Source: Ostrea edulis (Eukaryota). Taken from it: 64,000 nt of DNA. The notes under the pieces are model-generated. The model saw only the letters and a list, made by a program, of their open reading frames with translations. It had not been told where the DNA came from and made no database searches. The stretch is from the NCBI RefSeq assembly GCF_947568905.1, contig NC_079165.1:10664001-10728000 (forward strand), in the 5' to 3' direction. The translations under genes were made by a program, and so were the position numbers. Position 1 is the stretch's first letter; each line of letters starts with the position of its first letter. Positions 1-13,100 of this stretch are shown here, in pieces.

Positions 1-3000
1 GTTGCTGCTGAGGAGACGGTGAGGGAAGAAGTCTCCATTGAAGCAGTGTCTAAAGAGCAACCCGAAATTGAAATAGTTGTGAAAATCCCAGAGGAGAAAC
101 CCTCTGCGGAAGTCAAAGCAGAACTGGGTGTGGACGAAACCCCGGAAGAGGTGAAGGAGGAAGTCGAGGCGGAGTTTGCTCCCTCCGACGAGGCAGCAGA
201 GGAAGTGGGTGTTGAAATCGCACCTGAGGAATTTGCCGAGTTGGCCGAGACCGAAATCACTGAGGAACTGAAACCTACTGAAACACCCAAAGAGACCGTG
301 GGTGTAGAAATCACCGCTGCTGAAACAGTGGAGTCACTGGAAGAGAAACCCACTGTTGAAATCCCCGTCAAAGAACAAGCGGCTGTACAAATCGCTGTTG
401 CTGCTGAGGAGACGGTGAGGGAAGAAGTCTCCATTGAAGCAGTGTCTAAAGAGCAACCCGAAATTGAAATGGTTGTGGAAATCCCAGAGGAGAAACCCTC
501 TGCGGAAGTCAAAGCAGAACTGGGTGTGGACGAAACCCCGGAAGAGGTGAAGGAGGAAGTCGAGGCGGAGTTTGCTCCCTCCGACGAGGCAGCAGAGGAA
601 GTGGGTGTTGAAATCGCACCTGAGGAAGCTGCCGAGTTGGCCGAGACCGAAATCACTGAGGAACTGAAACCTACTGAAACACCCAAAGAGACCGTGGGTG
701 TAGAAATCACCGCTGCTGAAACAGTGGAGTCACTGGAAGAAAAACTCACTGTTGAAATCCCCGTCAAAGAACAAGCGGCTGTACAAATCGCTGTTGCTGC
801 TGAGGAAACGGTGAGGGAAGAAGTCTCCATTGAAGCAGTGTCTAAAGAGCAACCCGAAATTGAAATGGTTGTGGAAATCCCAGAGGAGAAACCCTCTGCG
901 GAAGTCAAAGCAGAACTGGGTGTGGACGAAACCCCGGAAGAGGTGAAGGAGGAAGTCGAGGCGGAGTTTGCTCCCTCCGACAAGGCAGCAGAGGAAGTGG
1001 GTGTTGAAATCGCACCTGAGGAAGCTGCCGAGTTGGCCGAGACCGAAATCACTGAGGAACTGAAACCTACTGAAACACCCAAAGAGACCGTGGGTGTAGA
1101 AATCACCTCTGCTGAAACAGTGGAGTCAGTGGAAGAAAAACCCACTGTTGAAATCCCCGTCAAAGAACAAGCGGCTGTACAAATCGCTGTTGCTGCTGAG
1201 GAGACGGTGAGGGAAGAAGTCTCCATTGAAGCAGTGTCTAAAGAGCAACCCGAAATTGAAATGGTTGTGAAAATCCCAGAGGAGAAACCCTCTGCGGAAG
1301 TCAAAGCAGAACTGGGTGTGGACGAAACCCCGGAAGAGGTGAAGGAGGAAGTCGAGGCGGAGTTTGCTCCCTCCGACGAGGCAGCAGAGGAAGTGGGTGT
1401 TGAAATCGCACCTGAGGAAGCTGCCGAGTTGGCCGAGACCGAAATCACTGAGGAACTGAAACCTACTGAAACACCCAAAGAGACCGTGGGTGTAGAAATC
1501 ACCGCTGCTGAAACAGTGGAGTCACTGGAAGAAAAACTCACTGTTGAAATCCCCGTCAAAGAACAAGCGGCTGTACAAATCGCTGTTGCTGCTGAGGAAA
1601 CGGTGAGGGAAGAAGTCTCCATTGAAGCAGTGTCTAAAGAGCAACCCGAAATTGAAATGGTTGTGGAAATCCCAGAGGAGAAACCCTCTGCGGAAGTCAA
1701 AGCAGAACTGGGTGTGGACGAAACCCCGGAAGAGGTGAAGGAGGAAGTCGAGGCGGAGTTTGCTCCCTCCGACAGGGCAGCAGAGGAAGTGGGTGTTGAA
1801 ATCGCACCTGAGGAGGCTGCCGAGTTGGCCGAGACCGAAATCACTGAGGAACTGAAACCTACTGAAACACCCAAAGAGACCGTGGGTGTAGAAATCACCG
1901 CTGCTAAAACAGTGGAGTCAGTGGAAGAAAAACCCACTGTTGAAATCCCCGTTAAAGAACAAGCGGCTGTACAAATCGCTGTTGCTGCTGAGGAGACGGT
2001 GAGGGAAGAAGTCTCCATTGAAGCAGTGTCTAAAGAGCAACCCGAAATTGAAATGGTTGTGGAAATCCCAGAGGAGAAACCCTCTGCGGAAGTCAAAGCA
2101 GAACTGGGTGTGGACGAAACCCCGGAAGAGGTGAAGGAGGAAGTCGAGGCGGAGTTTGCTCCCTCCGACAAGGCAGCAGAGGAAGTGGGTGTTGAAATCG
2201 CACCTGAGGAAGCTGCCGAGTTGGCCGAGACCGAAATCACTGAGGAACTGAAACCTACTGAAACACCCAAAGAGACCGTGGGTGTAGAAATCACCTCTGC
2301 TGAAACAGTGGAGTCAGTGGAAGAAAAACCCACTGTTGAAATCCCCGTCAAAGAACAAGCGGCTGTACAAATCGCTGTTGCTGCTGAGGAGACGGTGAGG
2401 GAAGAAGTCTCCATTGAAGCAGTGTCTAAAGAGCAACCCGAAATTGAAATGGTTGTGAAAATCCCAGAGGAGAAACCCTCTGCGGAAGTCAAAGCAGAAC
2501 TGGGTGTGGACGAAACCCCGGAAGAGGTGAAGGAGGAAGTCGAGGCGGAGTTTGCTCCCTCCGACAAGGAAGCAGAGGAAGTGGGTGTTGAAATCGCACC
2601 TGAGGAAGCTGCCGAGTTGGCCGAGACCGAAATCACTGAGGAACTGAAACCTACTGAAACACCCAAAGAGACCGTGGGTGTAGAAATCACAGCTGCTGAA
2701 ACAGTGGAAAAGAAACCCACTGTTGAAATCCCCGTCAAAGAACAAGCAGATGTACAAATCGCTGTTGCTGCTGAGGAGACGGTGAGGGAAGAAGTCTACA
2801 TTGAAGCAGTGTCTAAAGAGCAACCCGAAATTGAAATGGTTGTGGAAATCCCAGAGGAGAAACCCTCTGCGGAAGTCAAAGCAGAACTGGGTGTGGACGA
2901 AACCCCGGAAGAGGTGAAGGAGGAAGTCGAGGCGGAGTTTGCTCCCTCCGACAAGGCAGCAGAGGAAGTGGGTGTTGAAATCGCACCTGAGGAAGCTGCC

Positions 3001-6000
3001 GAGTTGGCCGAGACTGAAATCACTGAGGAACTGAAACCTACTGAAACACCCAAAGAGACCGTGGGTGTAGAAATCACAGCTGCTGAAACAGTGGAAAAGA
3101 AACCCACTGTTGAAATCCCCGTCAAAGAACAAGCAGATGTACAAATCGCTGTTGCTGCTGAGGAGACGGTGAGGGAAGAAGTCTCCATTGAAGCAGTGTC
3201 TAAAGAGCAACCCGAAATTGAAATGGTTGTGGAAATCCCAGAGGAGAAACCCTCTGCGGAAGTCAAAGCAGAACTGGGTGTGGACGAAACCCCGGAAGAG
3301 GTGAAGGAGGAAGTCGAGGCGGAGTTTGCTCCCTCCGACAAGGCAGCAGAGGAAGTGGGTGTTGAAATCGCACCTGAGGAAGCTGCCGAGTTGGCCGAGA
3401 CCGAAATCACTGAGGAACTGAAACCTACTGAAACACCCAAAGAGACCGTGGGTGTAGAAATCACCTCTGCTGAAACAGTGGAGTCACTGGAAGAGAAACC
3501 CACTGTTGAAATCCCCGTCAAAGAACAAGCGGCTGTACAAATCGCTGTTGCTGCTGAGGAGACGGTGAGGGAAGAAGTCTCCATTGAAGCAGTGTCTAAA
3601 GAGCAACCCGAAATTGAAATGGTTGTGGAAATCCCAGAGGAGAAACCCTCTGCGGAAGTCAAAGCAGAACTGGGTGTGGACGAAACCCCGGAAGAGGTGA
3701 AGGAGGAAGTCGAGGCGGAGTTTGCTCCCTCCGACAAGGAAGCAGAGGAAGTGGGTGTTGAAATCGCACCTGAGGAAGCTGCCGAGTTGGCCGAGACCGA
3801 AATCACTGAGGAACTGAAACCTACTGAAACACCCAAAGAGACCGTGGGTGTAGAAATCACAGCTGCTGAAACAGTGGAAAAGAAACCCACTGTTGAAATC
3901 CCCGTCAAAGTACAAGCAGATGTACAAATCGCTGTTGCTGCTGAGGAGACGGTGAGGGAAGAAGTCTCCATTGAAGCAGTGTCTAAAGAGCAACCCGAAA
4001 TTGAAATGGTTGTGGAAATCCCTGAGGAGAAACCCTCTGCGGAAGTCAAAGCAGAACTGGGTGTGGACGAAACCCCGGAAGAGGTGAAGGAGGAAGTCGA
4101 GGCGGAGTTTGCTCCCTCCGACAAGGCAGCAGAGGAAGTGGGTGTTGAAATCGCACCTGAGGAAGCTGCCGAGTTGGCCGAGACCGAAATCACTGAGGAA
4201 CTGAAACCTACTGAAACACCCAAAGAGACCGTGGGTGTAGAAATCACCTCTGCTGAAACAGTGGAGTCACTGGAAGAGAAACCCACTGTTGAAATCCCCG
4301 TCAAAGAACAAGCGGCTGTACAAATCGCTGTTGCTGCTGAGGAGACGGTGAGGGAAGAAGTCTCCATTGAAGCAGTGTCTAAAGAGCAACCCGAAATTGA
4401 AATGGTTGTGGAAATCCCAGAGGAGAAACCCTCTGCGGAAGTCAAAGCAGAACTGGGTGTGGACGAAACCCCGGAAGAGGTGAAGGAGGAAGTCGAGGCG
4501 GAGTTTGCTCCCTCCGACAAGGAAGCAGAGGAAGTGGGTGTTGAAATCGCACCTGAGGAAGCTGCCGAGTTGGCCGAGACCGAAATCACTGAGGAACTGA
4601 AACCTACTGAAACACCCAAAGAGACCGTGGGTGTAGAAATCACAGCTGCTGAAACAGTGGAAAAGAAACCCACTGTTGAAATCCCCGTCAAAGAACAAGC
4701 AGATGTACAAATCGCTGTTGCTGCTGAGGAGACGGTGAGGGAAGAAGTCTCCATTGAAGCAGTGTCTAAAGAGCAACCCGAAATTGAAATGGTTGTGGAA
4801 ATCCCTGAGGAGAAACCCTCTGCGGAAGTCAAAGCAGAACTGGGTGTGGACGAAACCCCGGAAGAGGTGAAGGAGGAAGTCGAGGCGGAGTTTGCTCCCT
4901 CCGACAAGGCAGCAGAGGAAGTGGGTGTTGAAATCGCACCTGAGGAAGCTGCCGAGTTGGCCGAGACCGAAATCACTGAGGAACTGAAACCTACTGAAAC
5001 ACCCAAAGAGACCGTGGGTGTAGAAATCACAGCTGCTGAAACAGTGGAAAAGAAACCCACTGTTGAAATCCCCGTCAAAGAACAAGCAGATGTACAAATC
5101 GCTGTTGCTGCTGAGGAGACGGTGAGGGAAGAAGTCTACATTGAAGCAGTGTCTAAAGAGCAACCCGAAATTGAAATGGTTGTGGAAATCCCAGAGGAGA
5201 AACCCTCTGCGGAAGTCAAAGCAGAACTGGGTGTGGACGAAACCCCGGAAGAGGTGAAGGAGGAAGTCGAGGCGGAGTTTGCTCCCTCCGACAAGGCAGC
5301 AGAGGAAGTGGGTGTTGAAATCGCACCTGAGGAAGCTGCCGAGTTGGCCGAGACCGAAATCACTGAGGAACTGAAACCTACTGAAACACCCAAAGAGACC
5401 GTGGGTGTAGAAATCACCGCTGCTGAAACAGTGGAGTCACTGGAAGAAAAACCCACTGTTGAAATCCCCGTCAAAGAACAAGCGGCTGTACAAATCGCTG
5501 TTGCTGCTGAGGAGACGGTGAGGGAAGAAGTCTCCATTGAAGCAGTGTCTAAAGAGCAACCCGAAATTGAAATGGTTGTGAAAATCCCAGAGGAGAAACC
5601 CTCTGCGGAAGTCAAAGCAGAACTGGGTGTGGACGAAACCCCGGAAGAGGTGAAGGAGGAAGTCGAGGCGGAGTTTGCTCCCTCCGACAAGGCAGCAGAG
5701 GAAGTGGGTGTTGAAATCGCACCTGAGGAAGCTGCCGAGTTGGCCGAGACCGAAATCACTGAGGAACTGAAACCTACTGAAACACCCAAAGAGACCGTGG
5801 GTGTAGAAATCACCGCTGCTGAAACAGTGGAGTCACTGGAAGAAAAACTCACTGTTGAAATCCCCGTCAAAGAACAAGCGGCTGTACAAATCGCTGTTGC
5901 TGCTGAGGAGACGGTGAGTGAAGAAGTCTCCATTGAAGCAGTGTCTAAAGAGCAACCCGAAATTGAAATGGTTGTGGAAATCCCAGAGGAGAAACCCTCT

Positions 6001-8222
6001 GCGGAAGTCAAAGCAGAACTGGGTGTGGACGAAACCCCGGAAGAGGTGAAGGAGGAAGTCGAGGCGGAGTTTGCTCCCTCCGACAAGGCAGCAGAGGAAG
6101 TGGGTGTTGAAATCGCACCTGAGGAAGCTGCCGAGTTGGCCGAGACCGAAATCACTGAGGAACTGAAACCTACTGAAACACCCAAAGAGACCGTGGGTGT
6201 AGAAATCACCGCTGCTGAAACAGTGGAGTCAGTGGAAGAGAAACCCACTGTTGAAATCCCCGTCAAAGAACAAGCGGCTGTACAAATCGCTGTTGCTGCT
6301 GAGGAGACGGTGAGGGAAGAAGTCTCCATTGAAGCAGTGTCTAAAGAGCAACCCGAAATTGAAATGGTTGTGGAAATCCCAGAGGAGAAACCCTCTGCGG
6401 AAGTCAAAGCAGAACTGGGTGTGGACGAAACCCCGGAAGAGGTGAAGGAGGAAGTCGAGGCGGAGTTTGCTCCCTCCGACAAGGCAGCAGAGGAAGTGGG
6501 TGTTGAAATCGCACCTGAGGAAGCTGCCGAGTTGGCCGAGACCGAAATCACTGAGGAACTGAAACCTACTGAAACACCCAAAGAGACCGTGGGTGTAGAA
6601 ATCACCGCTGCTGAAACAGTGGAGTCACTGGAAGAAAAACTCACTGTTGAAATCCCCGTCAAAGAACAAGCGGCTGTACAAATCGCTGTTGCTGCTGAGG
6701 AAACGGTGAGGGAAGAAGTCTCCATTGAAGCAGTGTCTAAAGAGCAACCCGAAATTGAAATGGTTGTGGAAATCCCAGAGGAGAAACCCTCTGCGGAAGT
6801 CAAAGCAGAACTGGGTGTGGACGAAACCCCGGAAGAGGTGAAGGAGGAAGTCGAGGCGGAGTTTGCTCCCTCCGACAAGGCAGCAGAGGAAGTGGGTGTT
6901 GAAATCGCACCTGAGGAAGCTGCCGAGTTGGCCGAGACCAAAATCACTGAGGAACTGAAACCTACTGAAACACCCAAAGAGACCTTGGGTGTAGAAATCA
7001 CCTCTGCTGAAACAGTGGAGTCACTGGAAGAGAAACCCACTGTTGAAATCCCCGTCAAAGAACAAGCGGCTGTACAAATCGCAGTTGCTGCTGAGGAGAC
7101 GGTGAGGGAAGAAGTCTCCATTGAAGCAGTGTCTAAAGAGCAACCCGAAATTGAAATGGTTGTGGAAATCCCAGAGGAGAAACCCTCTGCGGAAGTCAAA
7201 GCAGAACTGGGTGTGGACGAAACCCCGGAAGAGGTGAAGGAGGAAGTCGAGGCGGAGTTTGCTCCCTCCGACAAGGCAGTAGAGGAAGTGGGTGTTGAAA
7301 TCGCACCTGAGGAAGCTGCCGAGTTGGCCGAGACCGAAATCACTGAGGAACTGAAACCTACTGAAACACCCAAAGAGACCGTGGGTGTAGAAATCACCGC
7401 TGCTGAAACAGTGGAGTCACTGGAAGAGAAACCCACTGTTGAAATCCCGACCAAAGATCAAGCGGCTGTACAAATCGCTGTTGCTGCTGAGGAGACGGTG
7501 AGGGAAGAAGTCTCCATTGAAGCAGTGTCTAAAGAGCAACCCGAAATTGAAATGGTTGTGGAAATCCCAGAGGAGAAACCCTCTGCGGAAGTCAAAGCAG
7601 AACTGGGTGTGGACGAAACCCCGGAAGAGGTGAAGGAGGAAGTCGAGGCGGAGTTTGCTCCCTCCGACAAGGCAGCAGAGGAAGTGGGTGTTGAAATCGC
7701 ACCTGAGGAAGCTGCCGAGTTGGCCGAGACCGAAATCACTGAGGAACTGAAACCTACTGAAACACCCAAAGAGACCGTGGGTGTAGAAATCACCGCTGCT
7801 GAAACAGTGGAGTCAGTGGAAGAAAAACCCACTGTTGAAATCCCCGTCAAAGAACAAGCGGCTGTACAAATCGCTGTTGCTGCTGAGGAGACGGTGAGGG
7901 AAGAAGTCTCCATTGAAGCAGTGTCTAAAGAGCAACCCGAAATTGAAATGGTTGTGGAAATCCCAGAGGAGAAACCCTCTGCGGAAGTCAAAGCAGAACT
8001 GGGTGTGGACAAAACCCCGGAAGAGGTGAAGGAGGAAGTCGAGGCGGAGTTTGCTCCCTCCGACAAGGCAGCAGAGGAAGTGGGTGTTGAAATCGCACCT
8101 GAGGAAGCTGCCGAGTTGGCCGAGACCGAAATCACTGAGGAACTGAAACCTACTGAAACACCCAAAGAGACCGTGGGTGTAGAAATCACCTCTGCTGAAA
8201 CAGTGGAGTCATTGGAAGAGAA
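1..8222 (+). repeat. Coding tandem array: 20 complete units plus a partial one; 15 units of 396 bp (132 aa) and 5 of 387 bp (129 aa)
   Basis: Unit starts (gttgctgctgagga) at 1, 397, 793, 1189, 1585, 1981, 2377, 2764, 3151, 3547, 3934, 4330, 4717, 5104, 5500, 5896, 6292, 6688, 7084, 7480, 7876. Confidence 0.97.
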
Positions 8223-8434
8223 ATTCACGATTGAAAATGAGGAAACAGTTGTGAAAATTGCACCTGATTATGAAATATTGAATGTCTTGTCTAAATCTGA
8301 CCTAAATAAATCAAATAGGTCACATGATATGAGTGTGGTTGATAGTACAGATCAAGACTTTGATTTCAATTTAAAAGAAAACTTAATATCATCCAAAAAA
8401 GATAGTGTAAATGTGTCAGAAACTATACATGAGG
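1..8434 (+). CDS. Exon 1 (5' end outside window): giant Glu/Val/Ala/Pro/Thr-rich PEVK-like repeat exon
   Basis: Frame 1 is open from base 1. Donor GAG G|GTAAGG after 8434; alternative same-phase donor GAA G|GTATCA after 8506. Confidence 0.85.
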
Positions 8435-10123
8435 GTAAGGATGAAATGCCTTTTGAAAAATCGAGGTCAAGCGCTCAAACTCTGGGCTCTGAGAAGGGAG
8501 AAGAAGGTATCAAGCTGCTGTTGCAGTGGCTATTGCTTTGTTTAGGCAGCTTGGAAACGCTGATGAATATTAAATATGTTGGTTATATTCTTCATATTTA
8601 GTTGAATGCCATTTTTATTCATTACACTTTTAACTGAGTGTCATTCTATTCATTGCATGGCTTTTTATTTTTCAGTTGTTACATATAGTACATAGATTTG
8701 AATTTTTATTTTTATATGAATGGTTTGACATTAATCAGGATTCTTTTAAAGAAATTTAGCTCCTGCAGGCAATATTGTTGTTCTTATTTACAAAATAATA
8801 ATTATTATAGTGTTCTTTGAACAGTTTGGATTTACTTTCATTTATTGATGAACTGTTTTCTATGCATGACATTGCATGTACTATCTTCTGGGTGTATACA
8901 TTTTTTCAAAATTTCAAAAATATTTCTGATTTTAGAAAAACATAAGAAATCATCTTTGTTAGTAAAATTAGTATTTTATGCCAGGAAGATTTTATGGTTT
9001 TGGTAATGTAGAATTTTATTTAGGAATCAAGAAAACATAAGCAGGGTTGGAATGGATCAAAGAGGTTTTGAAAATAGAGTAATAGGTTAAACATAAACAA
9101 CCACCAAAAGTTTACAGAAACTAGATACCCATAGAAACAGATTTTAGATTTCTTACTAGCTTTAGACTGGTTGTACAAATTCACTGCATTAGATTCTTAA
9201 GATAACAAAAGTCTAGAACAACTTGACTTTTATATACTCAAACTTGTTAAATTAGAAGAAATACTGTTTGAAAAGGTCATTTCATTCCTCCCTTTACTTG
9301 GCTTTATTATAAACTGTAGTCCTTTCTTAAAGACATAGTTACATTACAAAGTCTTTATCTTTTAAAATGTTGATAAACTGCTCAGTGGATTAAGGTCTTA
9401 GGTTAGCCATTTGTAGACCATGAGCCCGAGTCTAGCAGGGTTAGCTCAGTGAATTAAAGCATTAGGTTAGCAATCTGTGGACCATGAGCCCGAGTCTAGC
9501 AGGGCCTTTGATTTCTCTGTCTGTTTTTACACTGAAATTGCAGTGTTTCGTGAAGTAAGGTAGATTTGGATTTTACAATAACCATAAGGTTATTATATAC
9601 ATACCTTATAGTTTTTGTCGGTTATAATTTTCTTTGGTGTGTAATTCCTTCATACCATACATGTTTTAAAAGTAGGATTGACCACTCAGGGGCTCATTGT
9701 CCACATTTAATTATACCTATCGGAATAGGGTCAAGCAGTTTCATTACATTTTACTTTTTATTTTCATTCATTTTTCTATTGGTTTGTATAATATTTTGTA
9801 TATTTACTAACAATTGATACCTATGAACAGTTTTCAATCAAAAGTGAAAGATAGATATCATATTTATATTACCTTAGTTTTAGATTGCAGTGATGTAGAT
9901 AGCAGAGTTTAATTTATTTATATTAATGTATGCAAAGTTTATACTTATTCTGTTAGCAGAGAAAACTTTTTTTCTTGATTATTTTTTTGTAGTTTTGATT
10001 TCTTTTTATTAAAAGTAATATTTGATTTTCAATATTTTCAGAAAAACATGTTGAACACATTGATACTGAGTTTACCTTGAAAGATACATTATCTGAGAAA
10101 GAAAAACAATATGGTGTGTATAT

Positions 10124-10165
<42 letters not shown>

Positions 10166-13100
10166 GAGCCTGAAATTTTCGGTTTTGAATATGAGTGATC
10201 TTCTTTCACCTTGACCTTGTTTCTTGCAGAAGAGGAGAAGGAATCAACTTCAGATGAAGACAAAATACAGTCTCCAACTCCTTTTGGTGATTTCATTTTT
10301 ATCCAATGGAAATATTATTTTGCTCCTGATATATGAACAATTTTACTTACTTAGAATAATGTTGGGTTTTTTTTTCATTTTTTTTTAATATATTGGTTTC
10401 ATTTGTTTTTGAATAGTTGTGGAAGAAAAAGTAGAGAAACAAGCACCAGTGGTAATCTCCCCTTTGAAGAGCCTCCATTCCTCCGACGGAGAAGAGGCCC
10501 GTCTGGAATGTCAGATCACTGGATCACCCAAACCAACTGTCACCTGGTACAAAGAAGGCCAGGTCATCGTTAATTCTGAGGAGTTTAAAATATTCTATGA
10601 TGAAAACAATCTGTGTTCTCTCTTCATATCTGATGTCTATCCTGAGGATGCTGGGAAATATTCTTTGGTGGCTCAGAATGAACTTGGCACTGCTGAAACA
10701 ACAGCTGAGCTCTTTGTGGCAGGTATGCAACACTACAAAGATTTCTTGTTTCTGTTACATGAATCGGTCTATTTCCAAGAAAACTAAGTATTGAGATGCA
10801 TATTTAATTCTATAATGACATTATTGTTGGGGTAGCTCTCGAAAGTTATTTATTTCCGTTTCAGCACCAGATGAAATTTTGGAGGATGACTCTATTGCCC
10901 CAGCTTTCACACAAAAACCGAAATTCCAGACTGCCTCCATCAGTGAAACTGTGACCTTTGAGGCTACTGTTGTAGCTAACCCACAACCAGAAATTCGGTG
11001 GTCCAGGGAAAACACTGAATTAGTTCCAACTGACAAAGTGAAAGTGACAATCGATCAGAATGGCAACATCTATCACACCACGCTGACTCTGTCAGAGGTA
11101 GACGCAGAAGACGCGGGGACATTCAAAGTTCTGGCCACAAATGACCAGGGTGAAGCCAGCATCTCAGTCTCTCTGCTTGTCAAAAGTAAGTCTTCGTGAA
11201 AGAAAGATAGAAATAAAGAACATCTAAAATTCACATCCATGAGTGTGTCTAGCTACTAAATTTTTTTCTGTGTATTTCAGAACCAGAGGGACCACAAAGG
11301 GTTGACTTCAGAGACTCATTAACAACAGAAGTGTAAGCATCATTTAGTACTTTTATTTTTATCATATACCAAGAGGTTCCTTATGATAAAATTACAGAGT
11401 AACAAGAGAATATTTATGGAATTAATTCTTTTTATATTCAATACAGAGAATGAGTGTGATCCACAAGTCCATTAGTCAGAGTGCATGTGTCAGTGGACTT
11501 GTGACTTGTTTGATTCCTGGTTCTGTAGATTCCTTACTTTATATGAGTACTTAACAGCACAAAATTACCCGTAGACGTTAAATCGAAAGAACAAGAATTC
11601 ATCAGTGAACTGTTCATCAAGAGTTTTTACATGTAATTCAGCAATATAGAATTAAAAACTAGTCATTTTATTCCATGAATAGTGCTTCTCGCTATATTAT
11701 GCTACAATTAATTTCCCTCATATATTTAGGAATCTACAGTAACACATCTTTTTGCAATAAGTCCCATTTATATTTCAATTGTCAGTTTTCCAAGCATGAT
11801 TTTGAACCGTGTTGAAGATTTTAGAACAGATGCATCTTCTGTTTTGAAAAAATCAAAGTGTTGAATTTGAAATTTCTTTCTACCAGTACAGAATTGGATA
11901 TTAATTAGAATTTGCTATCTACTAATGATTATGAATTTCAACCATTGTTAACATGTTCTTTGCTTTTGACCTCTGCATGACCTTATTTCCTCGCTTACCC
12001 TGTACACAGGCAGACTAAGGTGGGCATTAAATATCAGGCAGAACAGATGGACTTCAGAACGCTATTAAAATCCACTTCAGTCAAGTCCAAGTAAGTTTTC
12101 GTCCCAAAAAAAAAATTTTTAAAAATAATATTTTTTATACTTAGTTTAATTAACCCCAGGAGATTAGGTACAGGTTTGCAACAAAAGCTGTTATCAAATT
12201 GTTTTATCTGGATATACATGGCATTACTTTATATTTGTGTAAAATGAAGCAGTAATATTTCTACTGGAAACCAACCAATGAAATGCATCCAAATGTCTCT
12301 TTCTCTTTTTGCATGGTGTTTGATAATGGCATGATCAGTTTGAGAGCATGTTTCACCATCTCACTAAGACTTCCACGCCTGATGTTTTTGTGTTTCTTCA
12401 TTTTAACAGGAAATTCTCACAGGAAGTTACAGAAGAAACTACCCAAGAAATTGTAGAAACTGAACAAGTGGACTTCCGGGAAGTGTTGAAAAAGGTCAGT
12501 GCTGAAAACAAAGTGTGGAAAGTGTTGCTGAATCGGACTTCTTCCAAAAATTGTTTTGCTGAAGCATCAATCCTATTTATACCCCCCGAATGAAGTTCTG
12601 GGGGGTATATAGGAATCACTCTGTCCGTCCGTCCGTCCGTCCGTCCGTCCGTCCGTCCGTCTGTCTGTCTCCAGATTCGTGTCCGGGCCATAACTTCTTT
12701 GTTCTTTGACATAGGCATACCATATTTGGCACACAGGTGGATCACCATGAGACGATGTGTCTGGTACCTTCATGACCTCTATATGACCTTACCCTTGACC
12801 TTAATGTCAAAATTAAATGTTTTTTTACAATGGATTCGTGTTTGGGCCATAACTTCTTTGTTCTTTGACATAGGCATACCATATTTGACACATGAGTGTA
12901 TCACCATGAGACGATATGTCATGTACCTTCATGACCTCCATATGACCTTGACCTCAAGGTCAAAATTAAACATTTTTACAATGGATTCATGTCAGGGCCA
13001 TAACTTCTTTGTTCTTTGACATAGGCATACCATATTTGATACATGAGTGTATCACCACGAGACAATGTGTCATGTACCTTCATGACCTCCATATGACCTT

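Noticed and set aside
2314-8228. Long minus-strand ORFs (up to 772 aa)
   Set aside because: They are antisense shadows of the stop-poor coding repeat, share its periodicity and have no independent signals.
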